Of a stretch of 64,000 nucleotides of DNA, positions 42,435 to 54,003 are shown in pieces. The notes below the pieces were generated by a model. That model was not told the DNA's origin, did not search any database, and saw nothing but the letters and a program-made list of their open reading frames with translations. Source of the stretch: Obrimoposthia wandeli. Taxonomy: Eukaryota. The translations under genes were made by a program, and so were the position numbers. Position 1 is the first letter of the stretch; the number at the start of each line of letters is the position of its first letter. The DNA lies in contig CDROCS010003797.1 in NCBI GenBank assembly GCA_977020255.1, forward strand, positions 62,001-126,000. Reading direction: 5' to 3'.

Positions 42435-43918
42435 GCTGTCGCCACCGTTAACTTTTCATCTGTCGCTAAATCGCGAGCAATAGCGCCAATATTTCCAGCG
42501 CCTTGGGTAATAACCATGTCACCATCACGTAATTGTGCTGCCATGAGTTGCGCTAACTTATCGCTATCACTGACATAAATAGGCTCTATCTGCCCACGTT
42601 GACGAATACTACGCGCTAAACTTTTACTGTCTGCATTTGTTACTGGTGCTTCGCCTGCGGCATAAACATCAAGTAAAAATAAGCAGTCAACTTCTGACAG
42701 TACCTCAACAAAATCTTCATAAAGATCACGAGTACGTGAATATCGGTGCGGTTGAAATACCATCACCAGCCTTTTTTCCGGCCAGCCATTGCGCATGGCA
42801 GCAATAGTCGCTTTTACTTCTGTAGGATGATGACCGTAGTCATCGATTAACAGCATTTCGCCTTGCTGCGTGCTTAATGTTGCTAGCTTTTCAAAACGTC
42901 GACCTATACCAGCAAAATTTTGTAGCGCTTGTTGAATAGCAATATCGGCTACGCCTTCATCCATGGCTACCGCAACACCTGCTAAGGCATTCAATACATT
43001 ATGCTCACCAGGTAGATTTACGCTAATAGGTAATGCAGCACTGCCCTCTCGTTCAACAACAAAAGAGCTTACACCGGCTGATTGCTGGTATTGCGTTGCT
43101 CTAACATCCGCGTCTTCACAGAAACCGTAAGTAATCACCTGTCGACCAATGCGAGGTAATATTTCTCGCACCACGGGGTTATCTAAACAAACCACCGCTA
43201 AGCCATAAAAGGGTAAATTATGCAGAAACTCAATGTAGGTATCTTTGAGTTTCTCAAAGTCACCTTGGTAGGTTTCCATGTGGTCTTCGTCAATATTGGT
43301 GATCACCGATACCATAGGTTGCAGATGTAAAAATGACGCATCACTTTCATCTGCTTCAGCGATTAGGTATCGACTACTACCTAAACGTGCATTAGTGCCG
43401 GCACTATTAAGCAAGCCACCAATCACAAAAGTTGGATCTAAATTCGCCTGAGCAAAAATGCTCGCAATTAAACTGGTTGTCGTCGTTTTACCATGGGTAC
43501 CCGCGATAGCAATACCATGACGAAAACGCATTAGCTCTGCCAACATTTCAGCTCTACGCACCACTGGAATACGCTCTTCATGAGCAGCAACTAACTCAGG
43601 ATTATCAGCACTAATGGCGGTTGATACTACAATAACACTAGCGTCTTTGACGTTATCTTGATGATGGCCTAAGGTTATTTTCGCCCCTAAAGCACTTAAA
43701 CGTTTAACGACTTGATTTTCACCAATATCAGAACCGGTAATTTGATAACCTTCGTTCAATAATACTTCTGCGATTCCGCCCATGCCAGCACCACCGATAC
43801 CCACAAAATGGATAACTTTAACGCGTCGCATTTCAGGGACTTTATTGTTAGCTTTGTGCAGCTGTGTTTGCTGTAATGCCGAACGGCTACTATTTTCTAC
43901 TGTCATTTTTTTACTCAT
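42431..43918 (-). CDS. murC: UDP-N-acetylmuramate--L-alanine ligase
   Basis: [39 protein letters not shown]. Confidence 0.98.
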   Translation of the reverse strand: MSKKMTVENSSRSALQQTQLHKANNKVPEMRRVKVIHFVGIGGAGMGGIAEVLLNEGYQITGSDIGENQVVKRLSALGAKITLGHHQDNVKDASVIVVSTAISADNPELVAAHEERIPVVRRAEMLAELMRFRHGIAIAGTHGKTTTTSLIASIFAQANLDPTFVIGGLLNSAGTNARLGSSRYLIAEADESDASFLHLQPMVSVITNIDEDHMETYQGDFEKLKDTYIEFLHNLPFYGLAVVCLDNPVVREILPRIGRQVITYGFCEDADVRATQYQQSAGVSSFVVEREGSAALPISVNLPGEHNVLNALAGVAVAMDEGVADIAIQQALQNFAGIGRRFEKLATLSTQQGEMLLIDDYGHHPTEVKATIAAMRNGWPEKRLVMVFQPHRYSRTRDLYEDFVEVLSEVDCLFLLDVYAAGEAPVTNADSKSLARSIRQRGQIEPIYVSDSDKLAQLMAAQLRDGDMVITQGAGNIGAIARDLATDEKLTVATA

Positions 43919-45021
43919 ACTTGTGCAACCTCAATACAGGCATTAGCCACATGTTTCGTAGCGTCGGCATGTGCAGCATTATGAGCTGCTTTTGACATCT
44001 GCTGTAATACTTTGTCTGATATAAACAAACTATTTAGCGTTTGCCCTAAGGTTGTACCGTTAAACTCTTTCTGTGCAATTAGTTTCGCTGCGCCACAATT
44101 AACTAAATACATGGCATTTTTTGTTTGATGATCATCAACCGCATGCGGTAGCGGCACAAATATAGCGGGCTTCGCCGCCATCGCTAATTCAGAAACGGTT
44201 AATGCGCCCGCTCGACAAATAACCACGTCAGCCCACTTATAAGCTGTCGCCATATCATCAATAAATTCAGTTACTTTAACTTTCTCTTCTGGCAAACCGT
44301 AATCTTGATAACTTTTTAATACTGTCTGCTCGTTACCACCACCCGTTTGATGCCAAACATCAATACTTTGTACTCTAATTTGCTTCATCGCCTGTGGCAC
44401 AACGTCATTGAGTATTTTCGCACCTAAACTGCCGCCAACTACGAGTACTTTTTTACTGGTTGCTGGTTGTTCCGGCATGACGTTCTCAATAGCAATAATA
44501 TCACTACGTAAAGGGTTTCCAACGACTTGCGAGGTCACTCTGTCACTAAAAGCACCTGGAAATGCACTTAAGGTTCTAGTCGCGATATACGAGAGAAAGC
44601 GATTGCTCATTCCCGCCACTGCATTTTGCTCATGCAAGACCAGTGGAATACGTAATAACCACGCCGCTACACCGCCAGGTGCACTTGCATAGCCGCCCAT
44701 ACCTAGTACCACATCAGGTTTAACTTCTTGAAGCACTCGAATAGATTGCATCACAGATTGCAAAATTTTAAAGGGTGTTTTCACCCAAGTTTTCCAGTTT
44801 TTATTACGGATACCCGCAATATTAATAAATGAAATTGGATAACCATTTTTCGGTACTATTTCAGCTTCCATTCGTTCAGCCGTGCCCAACCAATGTATTT
44901 TCCAGCCTTGCTGTACTAATGCTTCAGCGACCGCAATGCCCGGAAATATATGTCCGCCTGTACCACCCGCCATCACTAGCAGTGTTGGGCGCTTTACGTC
45001 ATGACATCTTTGTTCAGTCAT
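43915..45021 (-). CDS. murG: Undecaprenyl-PP-MurNAc-pentapeptide N-acetylglucosaminyltransferase
   Basis: [33 protein letters not shown]; ATG 45021 overlaps the ftsW stop. Confidence 0.97.
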   Translation of the reverse strand: MTEQRCHDVKRPTLLVMAGGTGGHIFPGIAVAEALVQQGWKIHWLGTAERMEAEIVPKNGYPISFINIAGIRNKNWKTWVKTPFKILQSVMQSIRVLQEVKPDVVLGMGGYASAPGGVAAWLLRIPLVLHEQNAVAGMSNRFLSYIATRTLSAFPGAFSDRVTSQVVGNPLRSDIIAIENVMPEQPATSKKVLVVGGSLGAKILNDVVPQAMKQIRVQSIDVWHQTGGGNEQTVLKSYQDYGLPEEKVKVTEFIDDMATAYKWADVVICRAGALTVSELAMAAKPAIFVPLPHAVDDHQTKNAMYLVNCGAAKLIAQKEFNGTTLGQTLNSLFISDKVLQQMSKAAHNAAHADATKHVANACIEVAQV

Positions 45022-46276
45022 TTTCACCCTCAATAAGTTCTGTTTTCTTCACTTTACTTCGTTTCTTTTTTGCGCTTTTGTCATTACTAGTCACACGACT
45101 AGTTGCTTGAATACTTTGCAATCTAATTTCATGATCAATACGAATCAAAATCACCACCGCGAGGGTCATAATAATCATCGAGCTACCGCCATAGCTAATA
45201 AGTGGCATTGTTAAACCTTTCGTAGGCACTATTCCTGCGCTAGCGCCAATATTAACCGCTGCTTGGAAACAGAACCAAATACCAATGGCATATGCAAAAA
45301 AACCTTCAAAATATTTTTCTTGATTAACCGCTTTTCGCCCCAGTAGTAAAGCTTTAAATACTAGCGTCATACTCAGCAATAAAATCACACTAATACCAAT
45401 AAAACCAAACTCTTCAGCTAGTACAGCCATAACAAAATCAGTATGTGCTTCGGGTAGGTATTCCAATTTTTGTACGCTGTTACCTAAACCTTGTCCAAAA
45501 ACTTCACCGCGACCATAAGCCATAAGCGACTGTGTTAGCTGGTAACCACTACCAAAAGGGTCTTTCCATGGGTCAAGAAAGCCTGTGACGCGTGCCCAAC
45601 GATAAGGCGAAAAATACGCTAACATTGATAACAAACTAACGCCAACACCTGCAATAGCAATGAACTGCCATAATTTTGCGCCCGCTAAAAACAGCAAACC
45701 AAACGTGGTGACAAACATAACGATAATGGTACCAAGATCAGGCTGCATTAATAGCAATGCACCTAAAACGCCAAATACCACTAACGGCTTAGCAAAACCT
45801 TTAATGTTTTCCATCACTTCATCACGGCGTCTCACCAAATAAGCTGATAAATAACAGAAGAAAAACAGCTTTGCTGGCTCTGCTGCCTGAATAGTAATCG
45901 GCCCTATGGCGATCCAGCGCGTTGAGCCGTTTACACTACGGCCAATAACTAAAACAACAATTAATAAAATAATCGCCAGTAACAATAAGTTACCACTGTA
46001 TTTATGCCAACGATGCAGCGGAATTCGCAAAGCAATACCCGCAACAATCAAGCTTAAAATAATATAAATGGCATGGCGAATAATAAAGTGAAACGGATTC
46101 GAAAATAAACGTTCAGCAACTGGCATAGATGAACTTGCCACCATAATTAAACCAATCATGTACATGCTTAACGCAAGTACTATATAGCTACGATCAAAGG
46201 TTTTTATCGTGTTTGATTCGCTCTGTAGCCATTGTGGTAATGTCCACTGAGATAAATTTGCTAAGGATGCTGACAT
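45014..46276 (-). CDS. ftsW: Cell division protein FtsW (SEDS)
   Basis: NGSTRWI, QPDLGT, GYQLTQSL, YLPEAHTDF, PLISYGGSS. Confidence 0.97.
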   Translation of the reverse strand: MSASLANLSQWTLPQWLQSESNTIKTFDRSYIVLALSMYMIGLIMVASSSMPVAERLFSNPFHFIIRHAIYIILSLIVAGIALRIPLHRWHKYSGNLLLLAIILLIVVLVIGRSVNGSTRWIAIGPITIQAAEPAKLFFFCYLSAYLVRRRDEVMENIKGFAKPLVVFGVLGALLLMQPDLGTIIVMFVTTFGLLFLAGAKLWQFIAIAGVGVSLLSMLAYFSPYRWARVTGFLDPWKDPFGSGYQLTQSLMAYGRGEVFGQGLGNSVQKLEYLPEAHTDFVMAVLAEEFGFIGISVILLLSMTLVFKALLLGRKAVNQEKYFEGFFAYAIGIWFCFQAAVNIGASAGIVPTKGLTMPLISYGGSSMIIMTLAVVILIRIDHEIRLQSIQATSRVTSNDKSAKKKRSKVKKTELIEGEND

Positions 46277-47670
46277 TAATGTCCATCCTTATGCAATAAC
46301 ACCGACTTAATAAAAATCACACCACGTTCAACATAATTGGCAAACATATCTAAACTTGCACAAGCGGGTGACAGTAAAACCATATCTCCAGGCTTAGCTT
46401 TTGTTCTGGCAAGAGCAACCGCCGCGGCTAATGAATCGACATGCGAGGTTTTCTCTGCTTGGCTAGTTAATCGCAATGAACCAATCGCTTGGCCATCTTT
46501 TCCTAGCGTGATTAAATACTCAACTTGTTCAGTTAATGCTTGCGTCAAAGGAGAAAAATCAGCACCTTTGCCATCGCCGCCAGCAATTAAAATCAGTTTA
46601 TTGCCCTGCAATGTAGGTGATAAACCTTCAATAGCGGCCAATGTAGCACCGACGTTAGTTGCTTTTGAGTCGTTTATCCATTTAATACCATCGCTTGTTT
46701 CAATCACTTCGCATCGGTGAGCTAGTCCTTGAAAGGTCATTAAGCTAGCTATCATGGCCTTTAAATCCCAACCTGCAGATGCTCCCAAAGCCAATACGGA
46801 TAAATAATTCAAGGCGTTATGAATACCTTGTAATGGCAGCTCAGCTAACGAGCATAACACTTGCTCACCTAGCATTAAGTGCTTTTCATTTGCACTATCA
46901 ACCAAACCAAAGTCACCGGTTTTAGGTTGATCGCTACCAAAACTTAACGCTTTGTCATTCATATAATTCGAGTTAGGCGTAGTCGCACTATCATCGCGAT
47001 TATAAATAGCATGCAAACAATTATGATAAATGCTTTGCTTGATAGCACCATAATTTTCAAGCGTTTTGTGACGATCAAGATGATCATCACTTAAGTTAAG
47101 TACGGTCGCCGCTAATGCTTTCATGCTTTTTATTGTTTCAAGCTGAAAACTCGAAAGTTCTAAAACAATAAAATCTGCCGCAGCTTTATCAATTTGATCC
47201 AATACGGGCAAACCAATATTGCCACCTAGTTGCACTTGGTAGCCTAGCGCATTGCCAACGTAATTTAACATTGAAACAACGGTAGATTTACCATTAGAGC
47301 CGGTCACGGCTAATATTGGCGTGTCGCTCAAGCGACAAAACAGTTCAATATCACCAATAACATCACAGTCTTTTGTTATAGCGCTACAAATTTCATGCGT
47401 GGAAATATCAATACCAGGACTGACAATTAACACCTCAGCTTGAGCAATCAACGCTTGATCCCAAGCCCCTAAAACCAGTGTGTTACTAGCAAACTGGTGC
47501 TTAAAGTCTCCAGGAGAAATCGGCATTGGGCGGCTGTCGTTCACCGCAAAAGTAATGTCATGGCGATGTAAAAAACGCGCGCACGATAATCCCGTGATGC
47601 CGATACCTAAGATCACAATTCGTTTATTCGCTAATTGCGTCGTTACCGACTGGTGCAATTGTTTATTCAC
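46276..47670 (-). CDS. murD: UDP-MurNAc-L-Ala--D-glutamate ligase
   Basis: VTGSNGKSTV, LELSSFQL, NDSKATNVGA, LLSPACASLDMF. Confidence 0.97.
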   Translation of the reverse strand: MNKQLHQSVTTQLANKRIVILGIGITGLSCARFLHRHDITFAVNDSRPMPISPGDFKHQFASNTLVLGAWDQALIAQAEVLIVSPGIDISTHEICSAITKDCDVIGDIELFCRLSDTPILAVTGSNGKSTVVSMLNYVGNALGYQVQLGGNIGLPVLDQIDKAAADFIVLELSSFQLETIKSMKALAATVLNLSDDHLDRHKTLENYGAIKQSIYHNCLHAIYNRDDSATTPNSNYMNDKALSFGSDQPKTGDFGLVDSANEKHLMLGEQVLCSLAELPLQGIHNALNYLSVLALGASAGWDLKAMIASLMTFQGLAHRCEVIETSDGIKWINDSKATNVGATLAAIEGLSPTLQGNKLILIAGGDGKGADFSPLTQALTEQVEYLITLGKDGQAIGSLRLTSQAEKTSHVDSLAAAVALARTKAKPGDMVLLSPACASLDMFANYVERGVIFIKSVLLHKDGH

Positions 47671-47680
47671 GCGTCAATTT

Positions 47681-48763
47681 TTACCTTAACTTCAAGGTTG
47701 CTAACCCAATAAGCACAAGCACTAAAGAGATAATCCAAAAGCGCACAATCACTCTTGGCTCAGGCCAACCTTTTAATTCATAATGATGATGTATTGGTGC
47801 CATACGAAAAATTCGCTGACCACGTAACTTAAAAGAGCCGACCTGTAAAATTACTGACAGCGTTTCGATAACAAACACGCCGCCCATAATAAACAAGACT
47901 AATTCTTGTCTTACCAATACAGCGATAACACCCAAAGCAGCGCCTAAAGCCAGTGAACCCACATCGCCCATAAAAACTTGTGCAGGATAAGTGTTAAACC
48001 ATAAAAAGCCTAAACCGGCACCGACAATAGCAGTACAAACAATGACAAGTTCACTAGCTAAAGCAATATGTGGAATGTTCAAGTACTCAGAAAAATTTGC
48101 GTTACCTGTCATATAAGCAAATATCGCAAATGCCCCTGCGACCATAATCGTTGGCACAATAGCCAAACCATCAAGACCGTCAGTCAGGTTCACCGCATTA
48201 CTGGTACCAACAATAACGAAATAAACTAAACCGATATAAAGTAAACCCAATTGCGGTAAAACATTCTTCACAAATGGGATCAATAAGGTGGTTTCTTCAG
48301 GACTTTGCGCAAATTGGTACAAAAATATCGCTGTGGCTAGGCCAATCACGGTTTGCCAGAAGTATTTCCAACGAGCGATTAAACCATTTGAATCTTTACG
48401 CACCACTTTGCGATAATCATCAACAAAGCCGATAACGCCAAAACTGACGAGCACAAATAGCACCACCCAAACATAGGTATTGGTTAAATCAGCCCACAAT
48501 AAAACGCTGATAACGATGGCCGCCAATATCAACAATCCGCCCATGGTTGGTGTACCAGACTTTGACAAATGGCTCTGTGGCCCGTCGTCTCTAACTGTTT
48601 GACCTATTTGCATTTTTTGCAGGCCGCGAATCAACTTAGGGCCAAAATACAAGGAAAGAACCAACGCAGTAAGCGTCGATATAATGGCTCTAAATGTTAA
48701 ATAAGAAAACACATTAAAGAATGAAAAATACTGAGTGAGAAACTCACCTAACCAAAGTAACAT
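47681..48763 (-). CDS. mraY: Phospho-N-acetylmuramoyl-pentapeptide transferase
   Basis: [42 protein letters not shown]. Confidence 0.98.
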   Translation of the reverse strand: MLLWLGEFLTQYFSFFNVFSYLTFRAIISTLTALVLSLYFGPKLIRGLQKMQIGQTVRDDGPQSHLSKSGTPTMGGLLILAAIVISVLLWADLTNTYVWVVLFVLVSFGVIGFVDDYRKVVRKDSNGLIARWKYFWQTVIGLATAIFLYQFAQSPEETTLLIPFVKNVLPQLGLLYIGLVYFVIVGTSNAVNLTDGLDGLAIVPTIMVAGAFAIFAYMTGNANFSEYLNIPHIALASELVIVCTAIVGAGLGFLWFNTYPAQVFMGDVGSLALGAALGVIAVLVRQELVLFIMGGVFVIETLSVILQVGSFKLRGQRIFRMAPIHHHYELKGWPEPRVIVRFWIISLVLVLIGLATLKLR

Positions 48764-50164
48764 TTATGCTTGCTCCTGCGTAGCTCGGCTGTTATGCCAT
48801 TGAATAATATCAGCCACTACGTATTCCATATGAGCACTGCGTGAACCTTTAACCAAAATTGTCACTTGCTGATCTTCACCTTGAAGCATCTGCTGTAATC
48901 GTGACACTAAACTTTCTTTACTACTGAAATGTTGCTCTTGTGCTTGCTGATTTTGATAAAAAGCATCAGATGTGTTTTGACTCAACACACCTAAAGTCAG
49001 CAAATCATTAATATTTTTACTTTTAGCGTGTTCACCTACCTCTTGATGATAACGACGAGCGTCACTGCCTAACTCTCCCATATCGCCGAGGATTAATATT
49101 CTTCTTCCGGGGAAACTAGACAATAAATCTGACGCCGCATTAATTGATTCCACATTAGCATTGTAGGTATCGTCAATTAACTTAGTGTTTTGTCCTAATT
49201 GATGTAAGTTCAATCGTCCTTTAACAGCGGCCATTTCAGCCAAACCTAAACGAATATCATCTAAACTAGCGCCAAATTCTAAGGCAATCGTTGCCGAGGC
49301 TACCGCATTACAAACATTGTGATGCCCAGGTACAGTCAACTCAATATAGGTACTACCAATTGGCGTGGTTAACTTAAAACTCGCGCAACCATTGTCATCT
49401 AAAACTTCTTGGTGACCATAACAGTCAGCAGGTCCATCACAAGAAAAGTTGCGCACTGTCTTGTCAGTTAAACGCCATTGCCATTTATCAGCCCATTGCG
49501 TGTCTTTATTGTATATCGCTACACCACCAACTTTTAAGCCCGAAAAAATTTCGCCTTTGGCGCGCGCAACACCAGACAAATCACCAAAGCCTTCTAAATG
49601 TGCCGCAGCGATATTGTTAATAATGACAACATCAGGTTTAACTAACCCTGAGGTATAAGCGATTTCACCAATATGGTTTGCGCCTAATTCAACGACAGCG
49701 AAGTCATGTTTTTGCTCTAAACGTAATAAGGTCAGTGGCACGCCAATGTCATTATTAAAGTTACCTTTAGTTGCTAGTACATTACCTAAACGATTTAAAA
49801 TGGCTGCTACCATTTCTTTTACTGTTGTTTTACCACTGCTACCCGTAATTGCTACGGTTTTGGGTGCGACTTTTGCTTTTACATAAGCAGCAATTTCACC
49901 TAAAGCTTTATGTGTGTCTGGCACCACAATTTGCGCAATAGTTATGTCATTTTGAATTTCTTGGACAATAACAGCGCTACAGCCAAGTTCGTTAGCTTGA
50001 CTGACAAATTTGTGACCATCGAAATTAGGCCCTTTCAAAGCGAGAAAAACATCATTCGCCTGCAATGCACGACTGTCTGTACAAATGGCATTTATGGTTA
50101 AGCTCTCGCCAAGCAATTGACCACCGACCGTTTGAGAAATTTCTGTTAACGTTAATGGGATCAT
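48764..50164 (-). CDS. murF: UDP-MurNAc-tripeptide--D-Ala-D-Ala ligase
   Basis: ITGSSGKTTVKEM, NFNNDIG, DDTYNAN, LGDMGELG, VKGSRS. Confidence 0.97.
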   Translation of the reverse strand: MIPLTLTEISQTVGGQLLGESLTINAICTDSRALQANDVFLALKGPNFDGHKFVSQANELGCSAVIVQEIQNDITIAQIVVPDTHKALGEIAAYVKAKVAPKTVAITGSSGKTTVKEMVAAILNRLGNVLATKGNFNNDIGVPLTLLRLEQKHDFAVVELGANHIGEIAYTSGLVKPDVVIINNIAAAHLEGFGDLSGVARAKGEIFSGLKVGGVAIYNKDTQWADKWQWRLTDKTVRNFSCDGPADCYGHQEVLDDNGCASFKLTTPIGSTYIELTVPGHHNVCNAVASATIALEFGASLDDIRLGLAEMAAVKGRLNLHQLGQNTKLIDDTYNANVESINAASDLLSSFPGRRILILGDMGELGSDARRYHQEVGEHAKSKNINDLLTLGVLSQNTSDAFYQNQQAQEQHFSSKESLVSRLQQMLQGEDQQVTILVKGSRSAHMEYVVADIIQWHNSRATQEQA

Positions 50165-51756
50165 AACGTTACCTCTTTTGAATAAAATGCATTTACCACA
50201 CCGCGTTCATCATAGTGATGTTTTTCATTACCAAAAATAATATAGTTTTCATGACCTTTACCTGCGCAAAGCACAACATCGTTAGCTTGAGCGCGCATTA
50301 ACGCACTTTCGACAGCGGTTTTTCTATCTAAGATTTTCTCAAAGCGGGTTGATTTTGCTAAACCCGCGATAATATCGGCGGCAATAGCTTCTGGCGCTTC
50401 AGTGCGAGGATTGTCATTGGTAATAATCAAATGATCAGCTTTGCTTTGTGCAACTTTGGCCATTAAGGCACGCTTACCGACATCGCGATCACCGCCACAA
50501 CCAAACACTAACCATAATTTACCTTGGCAATGTAAACGACATGCATCTAACGCACTAGCTAGTGCATCAGGCGTGTGTGCATAATCAACGACCGCTGTAG
50601 GCTTACCTTGCGATGAAAATGACTCCATGCGACCAGTGATGGGCACCAGTTTTTCAATCGCCTTCGCAATCGTGACAAGGTTGATTTTTTCTACCATCAA
50701 CACAGCTATAGCAGCGAGTAGATTTTCAACATTAAAGTCGCCTAATAACTGGCTACGAACTTCGCATTGTCCTTGGTCAGTATTAAGCTGAAAACTCACG
50801 CCATCAGCATAATGTTTTACATCAACAGCTTGCACAAAGCGCGTATAATGAGCAACATGATTGCCTCGACCATAAACCACCACTGCTTGAGCTTTTGGCC
50901 AATTTTCTAACCAACATTGTGCTTGTTTATCGTCACCGTTGATAACGGCAACTTGCTTATTATTACCGGTAAATATTTGCTTTTTCGCATCCGCATAAGC
51001 AGACATAGTATGATGATAATCTAAATGATCACGCGTTAAGTTAGTAAAAACAGCGGTATTAAATAAAGTTGCACTCACTCGTTTTTGTGACAAAGCATGC
51101 GACGATACTTCCATCGCCACATCAGTAATATTTTGCTCAGTAAACGAGGCTAATAATTGCTGCAACTGCGTTGCACCTGGCGTGGTATTGTCAATTTCTT
51201 CTAGCTGGGTAAGTTTACCCGCGCCATTAGTGCCGATAACCGCACAATTTTTCTGACAACTGTCGAGTAGATTAGCAATTATTTGGCTAGTACTCGTTTT
51301 ACCATTGGTACCTGTGATACCAATAACATTCAATGATTGCTGAGGGTTACCATAAAAAGCTTGCGCCACAGAAAACAACTGCTGATTTAGTTCAAAATAG
51401 CTCAGAATCGGCACTTGTACACCTGGTGCTTGTTGGCTCCAACTCAATGTTCCGTGTTCTGAAGGCACTGTTGTTTCTTGTAAAATCATCGCACAGTGCG
51501 CTGACAACGCTTGGGCAACATATTCGCGGCCATCCCTTAAGCTACCAATAACCGCGCAAAAGACATCACCGATTTTGATAGCTCGGGTATCATTCACTAA
51601 ATCAGCACGCACAAGACGGGTTTGTTGCTGACTAACTCGCGCTTTAAGCTTGGCCAAATCATCAGCGGCAAGTGTAATATTGCCAGTATCGAGTATGGCT
51701 TGAATAGCCATAGTATTTTTTTCTTGCACAGAAACATCTACAGCGCGATCAGACAT
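50161..51756 (-). CDS. murE: UDP-MurNAc-dipeptide--2,6-diaminopimelate ligase
   Basis: ITGTNGKTS, MEVSSHAL, NLTRDHLDYH, VDYAHTPDA, DNPR (DAP specificity), GKGHE. Confidence 0.97.
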   Translation of the reverse strand: MSDRAVDVSVQEKNTMAIQAILDTGNITLAADDLAKLKARVSQQQTRLVRADLVNDTRAIKIGDVFCAVIGSLRDGREYVAQALSAHCAMILQETTVPSEHGTLSWSQQAPGVQVPILSYFELNQQLFSVAQAFYGNPQQSLNVIGITGTNGKTSTSQIIANLLDSCQKNCAVIGTNGAGKLTQLEEIDNTTPGATQLQQLLASFTEQNITDVAMEVSSHALSQKRVSATLFNTAVFTNLTRDHLDYHHTMSAYADAKKQIFTGNNKQVAVINGDDKQAQCWLENWPKAQAVVVYGRGNHVAHYTRFVQAVDVKHYADGVSFQLNTDQGQCEVRSQLLGDFNVENLLAAIAVLMVEKINLVTIAKAIEKLVPITGRMESFSSQGKPTAVVDYAHTPDALASALDACRLHCQGKLWLVFGCGGDRDVGKRALMAKVAQSKADHLIITNDNPRTEAPEAIAADIIAGLAKSTRFEKILDRKTAVESALMRAQANDVVLCAGKGHENYIIFGNEKHHYDERGVVNAFYSKEVTL

Positions 51757-53506
51757 GATCGCGCTCCTTAGGTAAGCTTTCAGATTTTTGCTTTATTGTC
51801 ACTGCAGATACTTTAGTGTCGGCATCAGGTGGCACATTCAATAATTGTAATGTGCCCTTCACTATTCGTGAGAAAACGGGCGCGGCAACTTCACCGCCAT
51901 GATATAAATCACCACCGGGATCATCAATCACCACCACCACGGCAATCTGAGGGTCAGAAATCGGAGCAACACCGGCAAACAAGCCAACATAGTCATTACC
52001 GTAACCTCCAGCAAACGCTTTAATTGCAGTACCACTTTTACCGCCAACGCGGTAACCATCTATTTTTGCAACGGTATAATGTTCGTTCACCACATGCTCA
52101 AGCATTTCAAGTACATCTTGGCTATGCTCAGCAGAAAAAATTCGCTCGTGTTCTACTTTATCCGTTGCTTTTGGATCTTGTTTTAATATTGTTAACGGTA
52201 TTTTCATGCCGCCATTGGCTAATATGGTATAAAAACGAGCCAGCTGAATTGGCGTAATAGCCACACCGTGCCCCCAAGATAATGTTGCCAATTCAAACTT
52301 TGACCAACGTGCTCTGTCATGCATCATGCCTGAGCTTTCACCCACTAAACCGGTGCCTGTATCTTCAGAAAATCCCGCATCAAAAAACTTATCAATTAAG
52401 TAATCTTTAGGCACTGACAATGCCAACTTAGTGGTACCTATATTTGACGAGTGAATTAGCAATTCAGCTAAACTAATCTTTCCAAGGTAACGTCCATCAG
52501 AGACACGACTACCACCTAAGCGCATCCAACCGGGGTAAGTATCAATGATGCTGTTTTTATTTACGCTACCGAATTCTAAAGCCGTTAACACGGTTAGCGG
52601 TTTCATCGTTGAGCCTGGCTCATAAATATCAGTAATCGCACGATTACGATAGCGATGAATAGCAACTCCTGAACGATTGTTTGGGTTATACGAAGGACTA
52701 TTGACCAACGCCAATACTTCTCCGGTATTAACATTGGTGACGACTGCTGAGCCTGATGTCGCTTTAAAGGCTTTAACAGCGCCTTTTAGTTCACGATAAG
52801 CTAGCGCTTGAATACGTTGATCAATACTTAACGTGATTTCTTTTGGTGGGGTAACCGCCTTGACCGATAAAATTTCTATCTTGCGACCTTTTGCATCTTT
52901 ACGATATTTTTTCTCACCATCTTCACCGGTGAGCAGTTGATCGTAAACCCGCTCTACACCTTCAATACCTTTATCGTCAACATTGGTAAAGCCAACAACA
53001 TGAGCACTGATCTCACCAGCAGGGTAGAAACGCTTGGATTCTTTGCGTAAATAAATGCCCGGTATTTTCAATTCTCGAATATAGTTAGCCATCGCGGGAG
53101 CAACTTTACGTTCAATGTAAACGAAGCGTTTGGCAGGATTCTTGGTGACTCTGACTTTTAATTTATTAACATCTTGACCTAAAACATCGGCCAATGCTTG
53201 CCAATGCTTTTTCATCAGCATGGCGTCACTATCAAAAATTATTTTAGGATCAGCCCAAACCGTTTCTACGGGGACACTGATCGCTAATTCATGACCATTG
53301 CGATCAACAATTGATCCGCGTTGCACCGTTTTAGTGTTGGTACGTAACGAACGATTATCGCCCTGCTTTTTCAGCATATCCGGTTCAATAACCTGAATAT
53401 AAGCTGCGCGAGCCATTAAACCGGCATAAATCATCAAGACAGCACCTAGCACAACGTAGAAACGCCATGCCACTGTCTTAGGATTATATTGTGCTGGTTT
53501 TTTCAT
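51749..53506 (-). CDS. ftsI: Penicillin-binding protein 3
   Basis: SxxK (STMK), SxN (SSN), KSG motifs; N-terminal TM. Confidence 0.97.
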   Translation of the reverse strand: MKKPAQYNPKTVAWRFYVVLGAVLMIYAGLMARAAYIQVIEPDMLKKQGDNRSLRTNTKTVQRGSIVDRNGHELAISVPVETVWADPKIIFDSDAMLMKKHWQALADVLGQDVNKLKVRVTKNPAKRFVYIERKVAPAMANYIRELKIPGIYLRKESKRFYPAGEISAHVVGFTNVDDKGIEGVERVYDQLLTGEDGEKKYRKDAKGRKIEILSVKAVTPPKEITLSIDQRIQALAYRELKGAVKAFKATSGSAVVTNVNTGEVLALVNSPSYNPNNRSGVAIHRYRNRAITDIYEPGSTMKPLTVLTALEFGSVNKNSIIDTYPGWMRLGGSRVSDGRYLGKISLAELLIHSSNIGTTKLALSVPKDYLIDKFFDAGFSEDTGTGLVGESSGMMHDRARWSKFELATLSWGHGVAITPIQLARFYTILANGGMKIPLTILKQDPKATDKVEHERIFSAEHSQDVLEMLEHVVNEHYTVAKIDGYRVGGKSGTAIKAFAGGYGNDYVGLFAGVAPISDPQIAVVVVIDDPGGDLYHGGEVAAPVFSRIVKGTLQLLNVPPDADTKVSAVTIKQKSESLPKERDHV

Positions 53507-53673
53507 TGAACCACTCGTGATAATAAATCATCATTGTTTAATAACATTTCTCAAGCTTCTCTTTCGCTTGGTCATATTAAGTTATCTTTTATGCACTATT
53601 TTTAGTGTGCTATGCTCTTTTTGTTAATCATTACTTTTAATTAATTAACAAAAACTTACATTGTAAAACTATC

Positions 53674-53988
53674 TCAGAGCAACTTAACAATAATCTCAGA
53701 GCTTGAATCTGGCCTAGTCATATTCAGTTGTTTTTCAGCACTACTTTCAATAGTGCTATGCTCTGCAAGACTATTTTGCTCTAGCAATAAGTTACGCCAT
53801 TCATTTTCTAAGACGTCTCGTTCTGTGAGTAAAACTTCAATTTTACTGGTGGTTTGTCTATTTAAATGGGTGAAGTAAATCACCGAAAATGCTGAGATTA
53901 ATAGCAATAATAAAACGCCATAAATAAGTAAATGGCGCTGAATGTCGCGCCAAATATCCATTACCAGCACAACTTTCTTGGCCGTCAT
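53674..53988 (-). CDS. ftsL: Cell division protein FtsL
   Basis: Single TM then coiled coil ERDVLENEWRNLLLEQNSL; follows rsmH. Confidence 0.93.
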   Translation of the reverse strand: MTAKKVVLVMDIWRDIQRHLLIYGVLLLLLISAFSVIYFTHLNRQTTSKIEVLLTERDVLENEWRNLLLEQNSLAEHSTIESSAEKQLNMTRPDSSSEIIVKLL

Positions 53989-54003
53989 ACTAAAGCGCCA
54001 TCG

